This document shows positions 48,413 through 57,115 of a stretch of 64,000 nucleotides of DNA, one piece after another (the stretch's first letter is position 1; each line of letters begins with the position of its first letter). Made by a program: the position numbers and the translations under genes. Source of the stretch: Patescibacteria group bacterium (lineage in GTDB: Bacteria; Patescibacteriota; Patescibacteriia; JAQUQO01). The notes under the pieces are model-generated. The model searched no databases. It had not been told where the DNA came from and saw only the letters and a program-made list of their open reading frames with translations. Location: NCBI GenBank assembly GCA_028716045.1, contig JAQUQO010000001.1, positions 128,942-192,941 on the forward strand, in the 5' to 3' direction.

Positions 48413-49294
48413 TTATTTTTTTTGACAATACTTCAAAACCATCACCCGCTCGCGGCCGCAGAGGTCTTTTTTTATTTGGACACGGTAATTTTTAGGGACA
48501 AGTTTTTTCAATCTCGCCGCTTGTTTCCAGCCGATTTCCAAGATAATAATTTGGGGCTGGCATTTGAGCAATTTTAATTGCGCGAAGAATTCACGGAATT
48601 TATCCAAGCCGTCCGGGCCGCCGTCAAGCGCTCCGCGCGGTTCGTATTTTAATCCAGGAAAGGCCATTTCTTTTTTGTTGAGATAGGGGAGATTGGCAAC
48701 GATAATAAAATTAGAATTAGGAATTAGGAATTTCCCTCGACCTGAGCTCGGGACGAAGGTTGAATTATGAATTAGTTCTAGTAAATCTCCTTGGAGAAAA
48801 GTAATTTGTTTTTCTAAGCCGTGGCGACCAGCGTTTTGGCGGGCAATTTTCAGAGTGCTGGCGGAAATGTCCGTGGCGTAATAATTTTTAAGGTCAGTAT
48901 TTTTGGCAATAGACACAATAATGGCGCCGGAGCCGGTGCCGATGTCAGCAATGGATTTTAATTTATATTTTTTAATATAGTTGATTGCTTCTTCAACTAA
49001 AGTTTCGGTTTCGGGGCGGGGGATGAGGACGTCTTTATTAACTTTAAAGTTTAATTTATAGAATTCTTGTTCCCCGACAAGATAAGCGATGGGTTCGTGT
49101 TTTTTCGCTCGCGCTGCCAGTTTTTTAAGTTTTTTTGCTTGCGAGACGGAAAGTTTTATTTCCGGATGCGCGTAAAGAAAAACGCGGTCTTTTTTCAGAA
49201 TGAATTGTAAAAGGACTTCCGTATCTAAAACGGGGGAGTAGGAGAATTTTTTCAGTTCAGTCGCGTATTTCTTAAGCGCTTGTTTGATAGTCAT
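48413..49294 (-). CDS. prmC: release factor glutamine N5-methyltransferase PrmC (HemK)
   Basis: 293 aa. SAM motif DIGTGSGAI. Substrate motif IVANLPY (NPPY-type). Adjacent to prfA. Confidence 0.8.
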   Translation of the reverse strand: MTIKQALKKYATELKKFSYSPVLDTEVLLQFILKKDRVFLYAHPEIKLSVSQAKKLKKLAARAKKHEPIAYLVGEQEFYKLNFKVNKDVLIPRPETETLVEEAINYIKKYKLKSIADIGTGSGAIIVSIAKNTDLKNYYATDISASTLKIARQNAGRHGLEKQITFLQGDLLELIHNSTFVPSSGRGKFLIPNSNFIIVANLPYLNKKEMAFPGLKYEPRGALDGGPDGLDKFREFFAQLKLLKCQPQIIILEIGWKQAARLKKLVPKNYRVQIKKDLCGRERVMVLKYCQKK

Positions 49295-49404
49295 GACCTA
49301 AGTATAACATGGAAGCATGGGAACATAAAAACATAAAAACAAAAACATTCCAACTAAAGGATAGTCCACTTTGCTTGCCGGTGGGGCGTAAAAAGTATTT
49401 TAAA

Positions 49405-49593
49405 TTGTCATTGCGAACCCCGCTTTAGCGGGGTGAAGCAATCTCTAATACATATAGATTATTTACTCCCTCGACGGCTTGATTGAGTTCATTAAAACCA
49501 AATTTTGGACTCTTACAATAGTATAAACATAAAATAAAAAAGAGCGAATTTTGCGGGGAGGGGAGGTTCAGTTCCCGCCCTTTAAAATTCGCT
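49405..49593. repeat. intergenic block of palindromic elements between prfA and prmC
   Basis: attgcgaa-ccccgctttagcgggg-tgaagcaat (49405-49445). A 57-bp palindrome, agagcgaatttt-gcggggaggggaggttcagttcccgccc-tttaaaattcgctc, at ~49540-49593. The ccccgcNNagcgggg hairpin recurs at 54972. Confidence 0.5.
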
Positions 49594-49680
49594 CGCCCTC
49601 CTTTAACCCTTAAAATAAGGGCAAAAGAATGGGGACAAGTTGTATTTATAGATTATCAAGATATTGAAAATTTGTCAATT

Positions 49681-50733
49681 TTAAACTTCCTGTGCTTTTA
49701 GCGCCTCAATTATCTGGTCCAATCCGCCGTCTAGAATAGTTTGGATATTGTGCCAGCTTTGTTTGAGGCGGTGGTCGGTAATTCTGTCTTGCGGGAAGTT
49801 GTAAGTGCGGATTTTGTCTCCGCGTTCGCCGCTACCGCCCTCTTTCCTTTGAGCGGCCAGTTCTTTCTGTCTTTTTTCTTCAGCCATAGCCAAAAGGCGC
49901 GAGCGCAAGATTTGCATGGCCCGTTCTCTGTTTTGCGATTGCGAACGCTCGTCTTGGCAGGAAGCGACGGTATTAGTCGGCAGGTGAGTGATGCGTACTG
50001 CCGAGTAAGTGGTATTAACGCTTTGGCCGCCGTGGCCGCCGGCGCAGAAAGTGTCTACACGCAAATCTTTCGGTTCAATTTTAAAATCAATTTCCTCGGC
50101 TTCGGGCAGGACGGCGACGGTGGCGGCGGAAGTGTGAATGCGGCCGCTTTTTTCGGTTTCCGGAACGCGCTGGACGCGATGTCCGCCCATTTCGTATTTC
50201 AGGTTGCCGTAAACGTCTTTGCCGCTGATGCTGAAAATAACTTCTTTAAATCCACCGATGCCGATGTTATTAGAAGAGAGTAGTTTGGTTTTCCAGCCCC
50301 TCTTTTCGGCATAGCGGGAGTACATGCGGAAAAGGTCGGCGGCGAAAAGCGCGGATTCGTCTCCGCCGGTGCCGGCGCGGATTTCCATAATGACATTCTT
50401 TTTATCCAAAGGATTTTTGGGTTTAAACGCCGTTTTTATTTCCGCTTCTATTTTTTCTTCATCTTTATTTAAAATTTCCAATTCTTCTTCGGCCAGCTTT
50501 TTCATTTCCGGTTCCTCGGATTCTTTGATTGTTTCCTCGGCGTCTTTAATTCCTTTTTTTATTTTATCCAATTTTTTTTTGAGCTCCGCGAATTCTCGGT
50601 ATTCGTCAAACTCTTGCGAGGCGGCTTTTAATTTTTTTGGGTCATTAATAACCAAGGGGTCGGTAAGGTCCTTTTCTAGTTGGCGGAATTTAACTACCGC
50701 TTCGTCTAATTTTTTTAGTATTTTTTCGTCCAT
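49681..50733 (-). CDS. prfA: peptide chain release factor 1
   Basis: 350 aa. GGQ motif. PxT-type tripeptide (QRVPETE). Adjacent to prmC. Confidence 0.9.
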   Translation of the reverse strand: MDEKILKKLDEAVVKFRQLEKDLTDPLVINDPKKLKAASQEFDEYREFAELKKKLDKIKKGIKDAEETIKESEEPEMKKLAEEELEILNKDEEKIEAEIKTAFKPKNPLDKKNVIMEIRAGTGGDESALFAADLFRMYSRYAEKRGWKTKLLSSNNIGIGGFKEVIFSISGKDVYGNLKYEMGGHRVQRVPETEKSGRIHTSAATVAVLPEAEEIDFKIEPKDLRVDTFCAGGHGGQSVNTTYSAVRITHLPTNTVASCQDERSQSQNRERAMQILRSRLLAMAEEKRQKELAAQRKEGGSGERGDKIRTYNFPQDRITDHRLKQSWHNIQTILDGGLDQIIEALKAQEV

Positions 50734-50751
50734 AAATAAAATATTTTTTTA

Positions 50752-50878
50752 GGGGGTTGGTCTTAAATCCCTCCCCCCTCCGGGGTACTCCCTTTGAGAA
50801 AGGGAGATAGAATGTCCTCCTCCTTTGTAAAAGGAGGTGCCCTGTCCTGAGCTTGTCGAAGGGGCGGGGTGGAGGATT
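50752..50878. repeat. ~130-bp modular GC-hairpin repeat, copy E (direct orientation), upstream flank of the DUF559 gene
   Basis: ttggtcttaaatccct...tttgagaaagggagata...cctcctttgtaaaaggagg...gtcgaaggggcggggtggaggatt. Shares its ends and 3' module with the copy at 59190-59326 (inverted), and its 5' end with the copy at 51237-51325. Confidence 0.65.
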
Positions 50879-51235
50879 TTAGCCCTCTTCTGTTTCCCGC
50901 ATTATTTTTCCAATCACACCCTCCATATTGTAAAAAATATCCAAGTTAGTAAATCGCAGAATTTTTAAGCCGGACTGTTTTAGATATTTTTCTCTCTCGG
51001 CATCTTTGATGATATTATCTTTGTCAAAATGTTGTCCCCCGTCAATTTCTATAATCAGTTTCTTTGTCGGGCAGTAAAAATCCACGATGTATTTTCCAAG
51101 GGGCTTTTGTCTGTAAAATTGTAAACCGTTTATTTGTTTATTTTTGATTTTACTCCACAAAATTATTTCCGTTTTAGTCATGTTGCCTCGCAGGGCCTTA
51201 GATGCGTTTTTAAGTTTAGGGCTATAATAGCGCAT
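50879..51235 (-). CDS. DUF559 / Vsr-like endonuclease-domain protein
   Basis: 118 aa. Conserved DUF559 core (LRGNMTKTEIILWSKIKNKQINGLQFYRQKPLGKYIVDFYCP...IEIDGGQH). Confidence 0.7.
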   Translation of the reverse strand: MRYYSPKLKNASKALRGNMTKTEIILWSKIKNKQINGLQFYRQKPLGKYIVDFYCPTKKLIIEIDGGQHFDKDNIIKDAEREKYLKQSGLKILRFTNLDIFYNMEGVIGKIMRETEEG

Positions 51236-51236
51236 G

Positions 51237-51325
51237 GGGTTGGTCTTAAATCCTCCCCTGCCTACCGGACTTCGGTGAGCTCAGTCGAACCGCAGACAGG
51301 CTTTTGAGAAAGGGAGAGGGGATTT
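51237..51325. repeat. modular repeat copy G (direct orientation), other flank of the DUF559 gene
   Basis: ttggtcttaaatcctcccctgcct...caggcttttgagaaagggagaggggattt. Terminal inverted similarity: taaatcctcccct versus agaggggattta. Confidence 0.6.
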
Positions 51326-51390
51326 AGTTTATTTTATCATACAAAAACCGTCCCGACTACGCGGAACGGTTTGGTGTATTTTAAAATCAG

Positions 51391-51675
51391 CTACTTTTCG
51401 TTTTTAGCGGCTCTTTTGGCGGAACGGGCGGCGTGTTTGGCCTTTTTGCCTTTTCTGGTTTTGGAGGCGATTTCTTTCTTACCAGCTTTTTCTTTGAATT
51501 TTTCCACGCGCCTGGCAGTGTCAACAAGTTTCTGTTTGCCGGTGTAAAAAGGATGGCACGCCGAACAAAGCTCAACGTTAATTTCTTTTTGCGTGGAGCC
51601 GGTAATAAAAGAATGGCCGCAGGCGCAAGTCACCTTGGCGTCATTGAAATATTCAGGATGAATTCCTTTTTTCAT
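51391..51675 (-). CDS. rpmE: 50S ribosomal protein L31 (start trimmed to MKKGIHPEY)
   Basis: Zinc-ribbon CxxH/CxxC motifs (VTCACGHSF...[10 protein letters not shown]). Lys-rich C-terminal extension. The ORF-track 52-aa N-extension is rejected. Confidence 0.85.
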   Translation of the reverse strand: MKKGIHPEYFNDAKVTCACGHSFITGSTQKEINVELCSACHPFYTGKQKLVDTARRVEKFKEKAGKKEIASKTRKGKKAKHAARSAKRAAKNEK

Positions 51676-51729
51676 ATTGGCATTTAAAATTTTATAGTAT
51701 TCCCAGTGTATCACAGCCCGATTTTTTTG

Positions 51730-51755
51730 GCAAGACCCGTCGGTCGCGACCGACG
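51730..51755. promoter_or_regulatory. perfect 26-bp palindrome GACCCGTCGGTCGCGACCGACGGGTC (family copy 2), in the rpmE upstream region
   Basis: It is its own reverse complement. It sits between an rpmE-proximal ttgcca -35 box and a plus-strand TTGACC. Confidence 0.45.
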
Positions 51756-51840
51756 GGTCAGGGGCTTGACCTTTAATTAAATACATGTTAAGGTTAAAAG
51801 CGATGAGGATTTTACTTGTAGTACATTTCAAAATTTTAAA

Positions 51841-52113
51841 ATGAAAGAGGTGACACTAATGCCAAACAAAAATAAGGAAGAAGTTAACATTAATATCGAA
51901 TGTTGGGTAGACAGAGGGTTGATGTCAGATCAAGTCGATCAATTAAAGAAAAAATTGGTAGATGCAGCAGTAAGGGCTATTGGGCTCACCCCCAAACTTG
52001 ATCCAGGTGGAGACGTTAAAATCACTGTTCACTATGAAATTTATAGTGGCAGAGAGAAGCGGGAAAGAGTTTCGGGAGCAACATTTTTGGGGCTACAAGA
52101 AAAGCCAATATAA
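51841..52113 (+). CDS. hypothetical small protein
   Basis: 90 aa. SD gaaagaggtgacactaATG. Weak promoter TTGACC at ~51764. Confidence 0.4.
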   Translation: MKEVTLMPNKNKEEVNINIECWVDRGLMSDQVDQLKKKLVDAAVRAIGLTPKLDPGGDVKITVHYEIYSGREKRERVSGATFLGLQEKPI

Positions 52114-52207
52114 CTAACCATATTTAAGCCGAAAGACAATTATGTCAAGTAGGCTTTTTTTGTCAAGACAAGCCAGTCGCGACCGACGGGTCTTGACAAG
52201 CCGAGGG

Positions 52208-52236
52208 TTGACAGAATACTCATGATTTGTTATATT
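52208..52236 (+). promoter_or_regulatory. sigma70 promoter, TTGACA-17-TATATT. Immediately upstream at 52135-52200 is a ttgtcaagac...gtcttgacaag palindrome array.
   Basis: ttgaca at 52208-52213. tatatt at 52231-52236. Upstream, ttgtcaagac-aagccagtcgcgaccgacgg-gtcttgacaag is a 10-bp perfect IR around the degenerate family palindrome. Confidence 0.5.
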
Positions 52237-52275
52237 ATTATGATGTAAATTAATAACAAGCAGGAGGATAAAGTA

Positions 52276-52593
52276 ATGGCCGAAACAGAGACCTTTAGAG
52301 TTATAAGTGCGTCTTCTTCTTATGGAGTCGTTGTGGTTGTTAGCCCCGAAGATGCTAAACCCGGAGATAAAGAAGCCAAATTTTTTCTTCGCAACCTTAA
52401 TGTGGGTATTAAAGATTTTGAACCAGTAACCGAAGATGTAGCCCTTGGCTATTTTAGCGGAATCGCGGATGGTCTGGGCCGTGGAAAGAAACCGGCAAAT
52501 CACTTCAATTCACTCAAAGAAGTAGCGGAGTGGGCTGATAAAGCCAACGAGCAAGCAATGAAGGAATTGATTCGGCGAGTAAAGGAAAGTTAA
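52276..52593 (+). CDS. hypothetical small protein
   Basis: 105 aa. SD caggaggataaagtaATG. Confidence 0.4.
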   Translation: MAETETFRVISASSSYGVVVVVSPEDAKPGDKEAKFFLRNLNVGIKDFEPVTEDVALGYFSGIADGLGRGKKPANHFNSLKEVAEWADKANEQAMKELIRRVKES

Positions 52594-52703
52594 AAGCAGC
52601 GGGCAAAAGAGGAGATGGCAAAGAAGTAAATTTCTCAAAAAATCCGTGGTTCAAAGAGCTACGGATTTTTTTTATTAATCTAAGTTGGATATTATTCAGA
52701 CCC

Positions 52704-52732
52704 TTGACTTATTTTATATGATGTGCTATAGT
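52704..52732 (+). promoter_or_regulatory. sigma70 promoter, TTGACT-17-TATAGT
   Basis: ttgact at 52704-52709. tatagt at 52727-52732. Confidence 0.5.
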
Positions 52733-52783
52733 ATTATACTATAAATTAAGTATAACCAATCAACTATTTAAGGAGAGCAGACA

Positions 52784-52972
52784 ATGGAGGACAATAAGAA
52801 GCCCTTTGTAACCGACAAGATTGCAGCTGGCTACATGATTCAGCGGGGCGGTAAAAATCATGATGGCGAATGGCTGACGCCTGAAGGCGAGTGGAGCGAA
52901 AGTGTTTTCGATGCGGCTACCTGGCCGACCAAGAAGGCAGCAAGGAAAGCCTTGAAAACTTTGTTCGGATGA
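52784..52972 (+). CDS. hypothetical small protein
   Basis: 62 aa. SD aaggagagcagacaATG. Terminator at 53005-53040 (gacgaccc-accaacgc-ggggtcgtc followed by T-run). Confidence 0.4.
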   Translation: MEDNKKPFVTDKIAAGYMIQRGGKNHDGEWLTPEGEWSESVFDAATWPTKKAARKALKTLFG

Positions 52973-53082
52973 ATCTCGTAAAAGATTTGCTTCTACGGAA
53001 GCTATGACGACCCACCAACGCGGGGTCGTCTTTTTCTTTTCAAAAAATAACAATATTACGACTTGTTATTTTTTGGGCGTAT

Positions 53083-53793
53083 TTATTTTTGAGCCCGCAG
53101 AAGGCTAAGCTTTAATTCTTTTTTGTAATCAGAAGAACACTTTTTTAAAACAGAATCCAAGATATTTTCAAATACATTATCTAAACCGTATAGTCTAATT
53201 AATTTTTTCTTTAACTTATCTAAATTTTGCTTGATATGATTATTTTTGTCAAACAAAATATCGCAGCAAATCAAATTTGAAAAGAAGGGTCTCGCTACCA
53301 ATACATTATTGATGTAATTTTTGTATGTCCGTATGAAGATTTTTTTGTATTCTTTAACATTTATAGCCTCGTCAACAAGTAAGCCGTTGATTGTTTTTAT
53401 TTTCAAAGGTTTAATATCTCCATGGTGGCTAGAACCTTTCCAAAGTTTAGCATTCAGATTACAAAATTTTTCAAAATAATCCCAAGTACAAAAACCCATG
53501 TTAATTTTTACATTATTTATCTTCTGATCGCACCAAAAAAGAACGCCCTTTTTTAAAAGTTCTAATTTAGCGTCAACAAAATATTTTGAATTGTTAAAGA
53601 AACTTTCTTTTTTAATCAGACCGACGTTTTTCTTTTTAATAATAAAAATTACATCAATATCAGATTTTGCCGTGACAGAAAAGAATTTTCCGTGAACCAT
53701 TGAGCCGGTAAGTAAAATGCCCTCAAAAATATGTTTATCAAAGTAGAAAAATAATTTTTTAATAATCCCTAATCTTTTTCCGGTTTCGTTCAT
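53083..53793 (-). CDS. minimal Pol-beta-superfamily nucleotidyltransferase (ANT/Lnu-like or TA-type NTase), within an AT-rich island
   Basis: 236 aa. NTase signature LTGSMVHGKFFSVTAKSDIDVIFI, i.e. GS-x(9-13)-D-x-D. Very AT-rich codon usage, local GC about 20-28% against ~42% elsewhere. Confidence 0.6.
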   Translation of the reverse strand: MNETGKRLGIIKKLFFYFDKHIFEGILLTGSMVHGKFFSVTAKSDIDVIFIIKKKNVGLIKKESFFNNSKYFVDAKLELLKKGVLFWCDQKINNVKINMGFCTWDYFEKFCNLNAKLWKGSSHHGDIKPLKIKTINGLLVDEAINVKEYKKIFIRTYKNYINNVLVARPFFSNLICCDILFDKNNHIKQNLDKLKKKLIRLYGLDNVFENILDSVLKKCSSDYKKELKLSLLRAQK

Positions 53794-53805
53794 AATGATA
53801 GCTTA

Positions 53806-54234
53806 CTAAAATTTAGCCATTTCTTTTGATAAGAGTTGCTCAAAGCTTTTCATCTCGTTAGAAAATTTGTGCAAATTCCCATAGTTATCCGAAATGATTC
53901 TTGAATAATTAAGCAACTTTTTTGATAGTTCGTCTGAAATGAGTTGTTCTTTCACGGTTTCCCAAATTTCATCATTGCACCAATCTTGTTTGCCCATATT
54001 TATCCATTTAACATGATATTTTTGTATAAATTTTCCGTCTTTCAAAACTAATGCGTCCCATTCAGAAGATATCGGCCGGTCAGCAGGGAATGGTTTTTTA
54101 TCAATTAACACTTGTTTGACTACGCGATGGGCTTTGGTTGTATAGTCAAAAGAAATAGCCTCCTTTTCATTCACGGAAACTGATATAAAAAACATCGTGC
54201 TGGGCGTGGGGTTGTAATCTACTTCAATATCCAT
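53806..54234 (-). CDS. hypothetical protein cotranscribed upstream of the NTase (candidate partner/antitoxin)
   Basis: 142 aa with a 12-nt gap to the NTase gene. No HEPN Rx4-6H motif and no obvious HTH. Confidence 0.45.
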   Translation of the reverse strand: MDIEVDYNPTPSTMFFISVSVNEKEAISFDYTTKAHRVVKQVLIDKKPFPADRPISSEWDALVLKDGKFIQKYHVKWINMGKQDWCNDEIWETVKEQLISDELSKKLLNYSRIISDNYGNLHKFSNEMKSFEQLLSKEMAKF

Positions 54235-54347
54235 AATTTTTGGTTAAAATTTTTTATTTTTGGCGTCAGTATTGACATTTTTGGAATAATGTGCTACACT
54301 GTGATGGTATCCAGTAAGTATACTAGTATAAAAAGGAGGATTAAAAA

Positions 54348-54530
54348 ATGAAGCAAAGAATGTTCGTTTTTATCTTAGGCGTATTTTTATGTGGGGTGTC
54401 TGGTTATATGCCGGAACAATTTTCTGGGTTTTTGTGCTTTCTCGGTTTCACGGCCGTTTTGACGGCTGTATTACCAAGGAGGGTAAACAGGGCCCATGAA
54501 GACTGGCGTGCCAACTACCGACCGGGGTAA
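54348..54530 (+). CDS. small hydrophobic membrane protein
   Basis: 60 aa. SD aaaaggaggattaaaaaATG. Promoter TTGACA-17-TACACT at 54270-54298. Terminator at 54559-54595. Confidence 0.35.
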   Translation: MKQRMFVFILGVFLCGVSGYMPEQFSGFLCFLGFTAVLTAVLPRRVNRAHEDWRANYRPG

Positions 54531-54588
54531 AACCCTTGTCTGAAAGTGCGTAAACTACGAAGCTGGGTCGATTCTTGACCCAGCTTTT

Positions 54589-54924
54589 TTATTTTAGTAC
54601 ATCTAACATCTCTAATAATTCTTGCTTGATTTTGTCTGGCGGAGTTGTGCTTTTGTCGGGATATTGCCGTTTTAAAGCGTAAAGTTTTTGTTTTAAAGTT
54701 TCCAATTTTTCCATAACGGCATTATATTTTTCAGAACCGAGTTCATCTTCGGCCTTTTTGCCAGACAGATATGTTTCTATGACAAAAACACGACTGCCAA
54801 AACACGCCAGCCAAGAATTTGCCGTTTCTTGAAATTCCTTTTCAATTTTTTCTGGAGACCCGGAAATCATATCTTTGGCTTCGTCAACTCGACTTTTGGG
54901 ATGTTCCTTTTCAAATTTTTCCAT
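54589..54924 (-). CDS. hypothetical protein
   Basis: 111 aa, helical, charged. Confidence 0.4.
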   Translation of the reverse strand: MEKFEKEHPKSRVDEAKDMISGSPEKIEKEFQETANSWLACFGSRVFVIETYLSGKKAEDELGSEKYNAVMEKLETLKQKLYALKRQYPDKSTTPPDKIKQELLEMLDVLK

Positions 54925-54971
54925 ATTTTTTAATTTTTATTATTCCACATAACGTTTGCGTGTATCTGATG

Positions 54972-55040
54972 CCCCGCTAAGCGGGGTATGGGTGGAGGCT
55001 CTGCAAGAGCCGTAACCAGATATACGCCGTTATATGATGT
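54972..55040. repeat. hairpin ccccgctaagcgggg plus the second copy of the ggctctgcaagagcc-gtaaccagatatacgccgttat module
   Basis: 54995-55040 matches 37633-37678. The ccccgc..gcgggg hairpin matches 49418-49433. Confidence 0.55.
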
Positions 55041-55070
55041 ATGTTTTTCTTTTTCGGCCCGTTAGGGTTT

Positions 55071-55103
55071 GTTTTTGTATAACAAACGAATTCGATTTTT
55101 CAA
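55071..55103. repeat. left 33-bp terminal inverted repeat (TIR-L) of a ~2.1 kb cassette
   Basis: tttttgtataacaaacgaattcgatttttcaat matches the reverse complement of 57116-57148 at 32 of 33 positions. Contains the palindromic core cgaattcg. Confidence 0.7.
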
Positions 55104-55164
55104 TTTTAGCGAAGGGGCAGAGGGGATAGGGGTGAATGCCCCATAGCTAAATTTGTTGATTAGT

Positions 55165-55902
55165 TTATTTCGCCTTCATCCACAAAGCATTAAAAAATTT
55201 TATCAATATAGCTGAATCTTTGCTATTTAATTTTGCTACTAATGCTGGACTGTTGGATGCGGCATCTTTGATAGAAGGACCGAGAATATAACCTATATCA
55301 TCAATAATTATACAGCGATCATGTAAGTCGCTATACTTTTTATCGTTAAATTTTTTATATTCTTTTTTAAAACGGACAACGCGGCTGTCGAAGGATCCTC
55401 TTTTTTGGCCATAAATTAGTTTAATTTCTAGATTTTTTGGTATACTATCTAATACATTATCAAAGATTGTTTCATCAACCCACGAATCCGCCACCATGAC
55501 CCTTAGCTTTGTATTAGCGAATATGCTACGCAAGAATTTATCAAAAGTATGCGTACTTTTTTTGTCAAAAATATAAAGCTGGCTAGAGGTTGATAATATA
55601 CTATTTTGTTCAAAAATAGTTATATCGGTGAGGTGTTGGATACCAGATTCATTTACGAGACATATTCCAGGTCTGACTGGGTCTACCCAGCCCTGCTGTT
55701 GGGCGCGGTTGTAAAAAACCGGATTGTAAGATTTTTTTGTTAGCACTTTCGGCCAGTGACTGCGAATATCTGAAATAGTGATTTCATGTGATACCCGGCC
55801 TTTTGCACAGTGCGCAGCAATTATCAAAAACATCTGCTGCCCGCTCAAATCTTTAAGCGGGAATGTTTTTAAGAATGCTTTTAGGTTTTTAGAGAAGTTC
55901 AT
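55165..55902 (-). CDS. winged-helix-like DNA-binding domain fused to a PLD-like (H-x-R-x4-D-x6-G) putative nuclease domain
   Basis: 245 aa. The N-terminal ~80 aa are homologous to the C-terminal domain of the 160-aa neighbour (L-S/T-G...F-L/V-I/L-x-A-H/Y...W.K...Y..RA...GW-V/L-D...G.Y.LT). The C-terminus has KLRVMVAD...LHDRCIIIDDIGYILGPS, which matches PLD HKD-motif spacing with Arg in place of Lys. Confidence 0.5.
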   Translation of the reverse strand: MNFSKNLKAFLKTFPLKDLSGQQMFLIIAAHCAKGRVSHEITISDIRSHWPKVLTKKSYNPVFYNRAQQQGWVDPVRPGICLVNESGIQHLTDITIFEQNSILSTSSQLYIFDKKSTHTFDKFLRSIFANTKLRVMVADSWVDETIFDNVLDSIPKNLEIKLIYGQKRGSFDSRVVRFKKEYKKFNDKKYSDLHDRCIIIDDIGYILGPSIKDAASNSPALVAKLNSKDSAILIKFFNALWMKAK

Positions 55903-55911
55903 AGGTCGTGT

Positions 55912-56346
55912 TTAGAAAATTTCATCCCAGCGTGCAGTGAGGTGATAAGAACCATTTTTTGTGGCATCAAGCCAGCCATTCTCTTTTGCCCTGGTGCCAT
56001 ATATACCAGTTGTCAGTTTCCCCCCCAACAGTCTACTGTGTTTGTTCCAGCAGGTTTTTACATCTTCGCTCGTCACATCCAACTTCTTTTTACTTTTTGA
56101 AAGATATGCCACAACCAGTACAAATCTTTTAGGGCCAGTTAATCCTTTTCCGTATTCTTTAAAAAATGCCCTCGAATTTTGGTTGAAATTTATTTTTGAT
56201 TTTTGAGTATTGGCTAAAGCTGGTTTGTGTGGTTGGCGTGTCGTGGTATTATTTTTATAATTTAATTTTTCTAAATTAGAACGACATTCTTCGGCGAGTG
56301 TAATAATTTGTGTAAGCTTGTTACATATGTTTTGTATTTTCATACA
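55912..56346 (-). CDS. stand-alone paralog of the winged-helix-like DNA-binding domain (start trimmed to MKIQNICNKL)
   Basis: C-terminal domain LTGPKRFVLVVAYLSKSKKKLDVTSEDVKTCWNKHSRLLGGKLTTGIYGTRAKENGWLDATKNGSYHLTARW aligns with the N-terminus of the 245-aa protein. The untrimmed ORF overlaps the upstream gene by 38 nt. Confidence 0.5.
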   Translation of the reverse strand, partial: CMKIQNICNKLTQIITLAEECRSNLEKLNYKNNTTTRQPHKPALANTQKSKINFNQNSRAFFKEYGKGLTGPKRFVLVVAYLSKSKKKLDVTSEDVKTCWNKHSRLLGGKLTTGIYGTRAKENGWLDATKNGSYHLTARWDEIF

Positions 56347-56356
56347 GGTTGCGAAG

Positions 56357-56572
56357 TTAAATATGATATTTATAAATAGTGTCATCTTTTTCACGTTTAA
56401 TTTTTTCCCTTCTGAGCAAATAGAGTAAATTTACTCTGATGTCTTCGGGTTTTTCTTTATAACCAAACTTATCCTTAAGCTCTTTTTGGATTTCTTCGGC
56501 AGCTTTTGAATGTTTGCTAATCACCTTCAATATTTTTTCGGCAAGACTGACTTTTTGTTGTTTCTTTTTCAT
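56357..56572 (-). CDS. small winged-helix / HTH protein
   Basis: 71 aa. Pattern SLAEKILKVISKH..AEEIQKEL...RVNLLYLLRREKIKRE..DTIYKYHI is typical of a small wHTH regulator. Confidence 0.45.
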   Translation of the reverse strand: MKKKQQKVSLAEKILKVISKHSKAAEEIQKELKDKFGYKEKPEDIRVNLLYLLRREKIKREKDDTIYKYHI

Positions 56573-56590
56573 AATATATAATATTTAAAA

Positions 56591-56962
56591 TTATCTACCA
56601 TAAACCCACTTCCCGTCGTTTTTTTTGCGACCCAAAAGTTTTTTTTGTACAAGCCCTATCACTACACCTGATAATGTAGTAGTGGGATAAATATAGCCCA
56701 TTTGTTCAAGTTTAGATGCGATTTCTCCAAGAGTTTTAGGTTTAGAAAAAAAGTTTTCTTCTCGTAGCTCAACAATAAGATCTGAAGCCGCGCGTCTTTT
56801 ATTTTCATCCCGTTTCTTTACGATAGACTTGGTTGCCTTTGTTCTTATTTCTCGTACTACAGATGAACGTTCAAAGTCGGATAGTATGGCGGCCAACTCT
56901 TCTTTTGTTCCTTCTATTGTTATAGATGATCCCGTCTTAGATTTAATGATTGCTTTTGGCAT
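56591..56962 (-). CDS. hypothetical protein with a C-terminal winged-helix-like domain (first gene of the operon)
   Basis: 123 aa. C-terminal KTLGEIASKLEQMGYIYPTTTLSGVVIGLVQKKLLGRKKNDGKWVYG. Confidence 0.45.
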   Translation of the reverse strand: MPKAIIKSKTGSSITIEGTKEELAAILSDFERSSVVREIRTKATKSIVKKRDENKRRAASDLIVELREENFFSKPKTLGEIASKLEQMGYIYPTTTLSGVVIGLVQKKLLGRKKNDGKWVYGR

Positions 56963-56999
56963 AGATTTTAAGTTTTAGTTACTTATTATTAATAATCTT

Positions 57000-57055
57000 A
57001 TTGTATATTATTGCTAAAATTTTGTCAAGTGTCCGCAATATATTTAGCAATAATA
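57000..57055 (-). promoter_or_regulatory. sigma70 promoter (TTGACA-17-TACAAT) overlapped by a perfect 13-bp inverted-repeat operator
   Basis: Minus-strand read: TTGACA (plus 57023-57028), 17 nt, TACAAT (plus 57000-57005). IR arms tattattgctaaa (57006-57018) and tttagcaataata (57043-57055). One arm lies in the -35/-10 spacer, a classic autorepressor layout. Confidence 0.6.
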
Positions 57056-57115
57056 GTAGTATTTAAAAAATGTCTGCCAATATTTTATTGGTAGACATTT
57101 TTATCCCCCTATTAA

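Noticed and set aside
48700-48745. Short tandem aattagg repeats and a gagctc-centred near-palindrome inside prmC
   Set aside because: It is in-frame, encodes an ordinary PNSNF segment, and is too short and imperfect to call a mobile insertion.
51676-51831. 52-aa N-terminal extension of the rpmE ORF
   Set aside because: The conserved L31 sequence begins at MKKGIHPEY. The extension runs through the promoter and palindrome region.
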